A stretch of 28,400 nucleotides of DNA from a virus. The stretch lies in UHGV virus genome UHGV-0126577; one strand, 5' to 3'. Of the stretch, positions 25,241 to 28,400 are shown piece by piece. Every line of letters starts with the position of its first letter. The stretch's first letter is position 1. Both the position numbers and the translations under genes were made by a program. The notes under the pieces are model-generated. The model was given only the letters and a program-made list of their open reading frames with translations, ran no database searches and was not told the origin of the DNA.

Positions 25241-25251
25241 GAATAGATATG

Positions 25252-25273
25252 AAAAGACCGCCGGGTGGCGGTC
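25252..25273 (-). terminator. tR1-like terminator hairpin downstream of the cro-like gene
   Basis: GACCGCC-gggt-GGCGGTC stem with a T-run on the minus strand, 23 nt after the cro-like stop. Confidence 0.45.
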
Positions 25274-25295
25274 TACAGAGGGTTGTAGCTGGATA

Positions 25296-25526
25296 TCATG
25301 AGTAGAAGAAGTATGCCAGTTCTGCTTTTGAGCGCAGCCATTGTCTTGTTTTACAGGCTTTAAAAAGCCCATTCATCAATACTTTACCTGGCATTTTTCG
25401 CTTACCTGTTAAGTGAGTCTGGATATAGTGACTCGTCGTTCCGGCTTCCTGTGCGAAGGCTTCACGCTCATCCGGAGTAAGTGCAAGCCAGTGCTTTTTG
25501 AAATCGAAATGTCCGTTATCGCTCAT
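25296..25526 (-). CDS. Cro-like HTH regulator (76 aa)
   Basis: First gene of the minus-strand early operon, divergent from the CI-like gene. Helix-turn-helix-like segment REAFAQEAGTTSHYIQTHLTGKRK. Confidence 0.55.
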   Translation of the reverse strand: MSDNGHFDFKKHWLALTPDEREAFAQEAGTTSHYIQTHLTGKRKMPGKVLMNGLFKACKTRQWLRSKAELAYFFYS

Positions 25527-25562
25527 AGCTATTGCCTGATATTTATTTCAGATAATAAATAT

Positions 25563-25625
25563 TCACCCATAAGGTAACAAAAATCAAGAATAGTTACCTA
25601 TGAGGTGCATTTACCTGTTGGGTAA
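25563..25625. promoter_or_regulatory. OR-like tripartite operator with divergent promoters
   Basis: Three palindromes: TCACCCATAAGGTAA 25563-25577, TTACCTATGAGGTGC 25594-25608, TTACCTGTTGGGTAA 25611-25625. Minus-strand promoter candidate: -35 TTGTTA, 17-nt spacer, -10 TATTAT, with the first operator in the spacer. Confidence 0.5.
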
Positions 25626-25680
25626 TATTGCTTTAAATTGAATCATCTACTGATTCATATATGAGGCGATTTTCCAGAAA

Positions 25681-26265
25681 ATGAAAAGTATCCAGGACGT
25701 CCGCAGGCAAAATCTCAACGACTTGATCGACCGTGAATTCAATGGTGTTCAGACGCGGATGGCTGAAAAACTTGGAACTCAGGCAAATCTGGTAAACCGC
25801 TGGGCTCTTGGCAAGAAGGTTATCGGCGACCAGGTTGCACGAAAAATTGAAGCTGCCGCCAATAAACCCCGTAACTGGCTTGATATCGATCGCTCGCTTT
25901 CTCAGGAAGGTTTTCAGCCTGTCGGCCCAAGCGACATTGGCCAGCTGGCGGCTCACAACCTGGAACGCTGGATGAGCGAAAGCCGCGACCTTTCAACACA
26001 GGGAAAACTTCACCGCGCATCCGGCGTAGCCCAGGTGACAATCAGCCGCCTATTAAACAATGAGGTCAGCGTTTCCATTTCCACCCTGGAGAATGTTGCA
26101 TCCGCATTCGGGCGTCACGGCTATGAATTACTGATTCACCCGCACGACCCTGCGACCATCAACTATGATCGCTCGCGCTACGCATTGTTACCCGAAACCG
26201 AGAAAGCAAAGATCGAAAGTTACATTGAATTTGTCATCAACCAGAACGAAAAAAACAAACAATAA
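25681..26265 (+). CDS. CI-like repressor with two HTH domains and no S24 peptidase domain (194 aa)
   Basis: XRE-type HTH at about aa 20-70 (...VQTRMAEKLGTQANLVNRWALGKKVIGDQVARKIEAAANKPRNWL...) and a second HTH-like segment at about aa 110-160. No Ser-Lys autocleavage domain by size or sequence. Divergent from the cro-like gene. Confidence 0.65.
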   Translation: MKSIQDVRRQNLNDLIDREFNGVQTRMAEKLGTQANLVNRWALGKKVIGDQVARKIEAAANKPRNWLDIDRSLSQEGFQPVGPSDIGQLAAHNLERWMSESRDLSTQGKLHRASGVAQVTISRLLNNEVSVSISTLENVASAFGRHGYELLIHPHDPATINYDRSRYALLPETEKAKIESYIEFVINQNEKNKQ

Positions 26266-26285
26266 AACCATATTTTTCAGTAAGT

Positions 26286-26309
26286 AAGCCGCCTTATGGC
26301 GGCTTTTTT
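26286..26309 (+). terminator. Rho-independent terminator after the CI-like gene
   Basis: AAGCCGCC-ttat-GGCGGCTT hairpin followed by TTTTTT. Confidence 0.7.
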
Positions 26310-26322
26310 ATTGCCTATTCGA

Positions 26323-26413
26323 TTACCTAACGGGTAATTTTTTTAACTCATATCTATTGACATCAAACCATATAAGCATAATTATTACCTTAACGGTAAC
26401 AGACCGAGGTAAC
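26323..26413 (+). promoter_or_regulatory. PL-like promoter with OL-like operators
   Basis: Operators TTACCTAACGGGTAA 26323-26337 and TTACCTTAACGGTAA 26385-26399, plus a half-site GAGGTAA at 26406-26412. Perfect -35 TTGACA at 26357-26362, 17-nt spacer, -10 AATTAT at 26380-26385. Confidence 0.5.
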
Positions 26414-26418
26414 AAGTT

Positions 26419-26571
26419 ATGCAGTGGAAAATCATCAACGGTTGGTACTGCGTTACTGCATGCGGATTCATGAGCTGGAAGTTCCGCACCTTACAGGAAG
26501 GCATTAAGTGGGCTTTCGTCAGCAAAGAAGCTCGCGATGTGGCCAACGATAACGAGATATGGGAGGGCTGA
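26419..26571 (+). CDS. Small protein (50 aa), first gene of the PL-like operon
   Basis: ATG at 26419 with GAGGT 6 nt upstream. Not in the ORF track (under 60 aa). Weak N-terminal resemblance to lambda CIII (MQYAIAGW versus MQWKIINGW), which is speculative. Confidence 0.35.
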   Translation: MQWKIINGWYCVTACGFMSWKFRTLQEGIKWAFVSKEARDVANDNEIWEG

Positions 26572-26573
26572 TA

Positions 26574-26873
26574 ATGAACGTTAATCAGCAGAAAAATCTT
26601 CAAAAAATCATGCTGGCATTCGACAAGGACTACCGCCTGTCAGAACAGCTATATGACCGACAAGTTGAACTGATTGAGAGCATCCGACTTCATCAACTGT
26701 CCTCAACTTTCGACGTTGTAACAGGCAAAGGCGTTCGTCAGGAAGTGCTGGAGGCTGCTAAAGACAGCCCTGAGTTCGAAGAACTGATGGATGCCTATCG
26801 GCGAGAGGCAATGGCAATTATCGCCCGCTGGGATCTGGCGGATCAGCTTGATGGACAGAGGGACGCGGCATGA
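26574..26873 (+). CDS. Hypothetical protein (99 aa)
   Basis: The track ORF starts at 26559. The ATG at 26574 has GGAGGG 6 nt upstream. Its stop overlaps the exonuclease start (ATGA). Confidence 0.5.
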   Translation: MNVNQQKNLQKIMLAFDKDYRLSEQLYDRQVELIESIRLHQLSSTFDVVTGKGVRQEVLEAAKDSPEFEELMDAYRREAMAIIARWDLADQLDGQRDAA

Positions 26874-27691
26874 ATCCGGGAATTTATTTCGATATCAGCA
26901 ACGAAGACTACCACGCCGGTGACGGCGTGAGTAAGTCGCAACTGGACATGGTTGCCAAGAATCCGGCGCTTCTTAAATGGGTTCAGGCAGCACCAGAAGA
27001 CGAAGAGAAAAAGTCTGCACTGGATATGGGAACCGCATTGCACTGTCTGCTTCTGGAGCCTGGAGAGTTCGACAAACGCTTCATTGTTTCACCGAAATTC
27101 GATCGTCGGACGAAACAAGGTAAAGCTGACGAAGAGGCATTTCTTCGTGATGTGGCGGATATGGGGATTACGGTACTTGATGCCGAGCAGTGGCGGAAAC
27201 TGGAGCTGATGCGTGATAGCGCAATGGCTCACCCGGCGGCACGCTGGATGCTGGAAGCACCTGGTTACTGCGAAGCATCAATGTACTGGAACGATGAAGA
27301 TACTGGTGAGTTGTGCCGCATTCGTCCAGACAAATGGCTGAACGAGCACAACGTGATCATCGACGTGAAAAAGGTTGCAGATATGGACCGTTTTGCACGT
27401 CACATCGAGGAATTCCGCTACCACGTGCAGGACGCAATGTACCGCGAAGGCGCAATGAGGGTTACTGGTCAGCCGCATGGTTTTTTCTTTCTTGCCGTGA
27501 GCGAAAGCATTGATTGTGGTCGGTATCCGGTACGCGTGTTCGAGCTGGATGCGCCGGATGTCGATGCCGGGCACGCTCTGTTCCGCCGGGATCTGAATAC
27601 CTATCACGAATGCCGCATCAACGATGAGTGGGGCGGAGTGGAAATTATTAAACGCCCTGACTGGGCACGTAAACAGGATATGTACGTATGA
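26870..27691 (+). CDS. YqaJ/lambda-Exo-type recombination exonuclease (273 aa)
   Basis: PD-(D/E)XK-type core ...IRPDKW...IIDVKKV...EEFRYHVQDAMY... typical of YqaJ-like viral recombinases. Directly upstream of, and overlapping, the RecT-like gene. Confidence 0.75.
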   Translation: MNPGIYFDISNEDYHAGDGVSKSQLDMVAKNPALLKWVQAAPEDEEKKSALDMGTALHCLLLEPGEFDKRFIVSPKFDRRTKQGKADEEAFLRDVADMGITVLDAEQWRKLELMRDSAMAHPAARWMLEAPGYCEASMYWNDEDTGELCRIRPDKWLNEHNVIIDVKKVADMDRFARHIEEFRYHVQDAMYREGAMRVTGQPHGFFFLAVSESIDCGRYPVRVFELDAPDVDAGHALFRRDLNTYHECRINDEWGGVEIIKRPDWARKQDMYV

Positions 27692-28400
27692 GCAATGATA
27701 TCGCAATCACATCACAACCAGGCGCAACTGTAGGCACTGCTGCGGCAATCTTCAGCCCCGAGGGAATGAATCAACTGGTGCGTTTCGCTGAGTTGATGTC
27801 ACAAAGCAAAGCGACTGTACCGAAACATCTTGAAGGCAAACCTGCCGATTGCCTGGCGGTGACCATGCAGGCGGCACAGTGGGGAATGAACCCTTTCGCC
27901 GTGGCGCAGAAAACGCATGTGGTAAACGGAACGTTAGGCTACGAAGCACAGTTGGTAAACGCGGTCGTATCCTCGTCAAGCCTGCTGGCGACACGCCTGA
28001 ATTATCGCTGGAGCGGTGACTGGTCGAATGTTAACGGCAAAACAGATAAATCACCGAATCTGACGGTAACTGTGTCAGCAGTTCTTAAAGGAGAAGCAGA
28101 ACCACGTGAGCTTACCATCAGTATGGCGCAAGCCGGAGTGCGTAACTCTCCATTGTGGGAACAGGATCCTCGCCAGCAGCTTGCCTATCTTTGCACGAAA
28201 CGATGGGCTCGCCTGCACGCTCCTGATGTACTTCTCGGTGTTTACACCCCTGACGAATTACAGGAAACGGCACCGCGCGTTGAACGAGACATTACTCCGC
28301 AAACAACTACTGCTGCGGGAATGAACAGTCTGATCAACGCTAAACCAGTGAAAAAGCCTGATGAGCAAACGCGTAAAGCGGATAGCCGTGATCCAGAAGA
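27688..28400 (+). CDS. RecT/Red-beta-type single-strand annealing recombinase, N-terminal part (runs off the window)
   Basis: Frame open from the ATG at 27688 to the window end. Motif ...AQWGMNPFAVAQKTHVVNGTLGYEAQL... is RecT-like. Paired with the upstream exonuclease. Confidence 0.7.
   Translation, partial: MSNDIAITSQPGATVGTAAAIFSPEGMNQLVRFAELMSQSKATVPKHLEGKPADCLAVTMQAAQWGMNPFAVAQKTHVVNGTLGYEAQLVNAVVSSSSLLATRLNYRWSGDWSNVNGKTDKSPNLTVTVSAVLKGEAEPRELTISMAQAGVRNSPLWEQDPRQQLAYLCTKRWARLHAPDVLLGVYTPDELQETAPRVERDITPQTTTAAGMNSLINAKPVKKPDEQTRKADSRDPE

Noticed and set aside
25633-25956. Minus-strand ORF 25633..25956 (107 aa)
   Set aside because: It is antisense to the CI-like repressor gene and would start inside the operator/promoter region.
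1-28400. Integrase, att sites, IS elements and T7-type phage RNA polymerase promoters
   Set aside because: No recombinase-like ORF, IS-type terminal inverted repeats or T7 promoter consensus were seen by eye. Absence within this window does not exclude them elsewhere in the prophage.

Overview
The window is one continuous stretch of a temperate, mosaic prophage with no host chromosomal genes visible. Reading left to right: (i) 1-1195, a P22 immI-like module with a partial antirepressor gene, an Arc-like and a Mnt-like ribbon-helix-helix repressor around overlapping divergent promoters; (ii) 1238-1849, an AT-rich cargo gene for a membrane-anchored orphan protein; (iii) 1861-16482, a minus-strand podovirus (T7-like order) structural operon: portal, scaffold, major capsid, gp11/gp12-like tail tubular proteins, gp13/gp14-like internal proteins and two large internal/ejection proteins, one with a lytic transglycosylase domain; (iv) 16551-17652, a plus-strand cassette of promoter, tRNA-Arg(UCU), a 140-aa orphan gene and a terminator, inserted between portal and terminase; (v) 17651-19719, terminase large and small subunits; (vi) 19838-25526, a lambda-like early-right operon on the minus strand (Cro-like, small zinc-finger protein, O-like initiator with embedded iterons, P-like helicase loader, nin-region-like small genes); (vii) 25681-28400, a CI-like tandem-HTH repressor followed by a recombination operon (YqaJ-like exonuclease, RecT-like recombinase). 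A 15-bp operator-like palindrome TTACC-N5-GGTAA recurs at nine or more regulatory positions, and a perfect 14-bp palindrome occurs twice, flanking the terminase genes. No integrase, att site, endolysin, CRISPR array or IS element was recognised. All functional calls rest on reading the translations and motifs by eye; no database search was possible. The best candidates for uncharacterised biology are the AT-rich cargo at the P22 sieA position and the tRNA-linked orphan gene.
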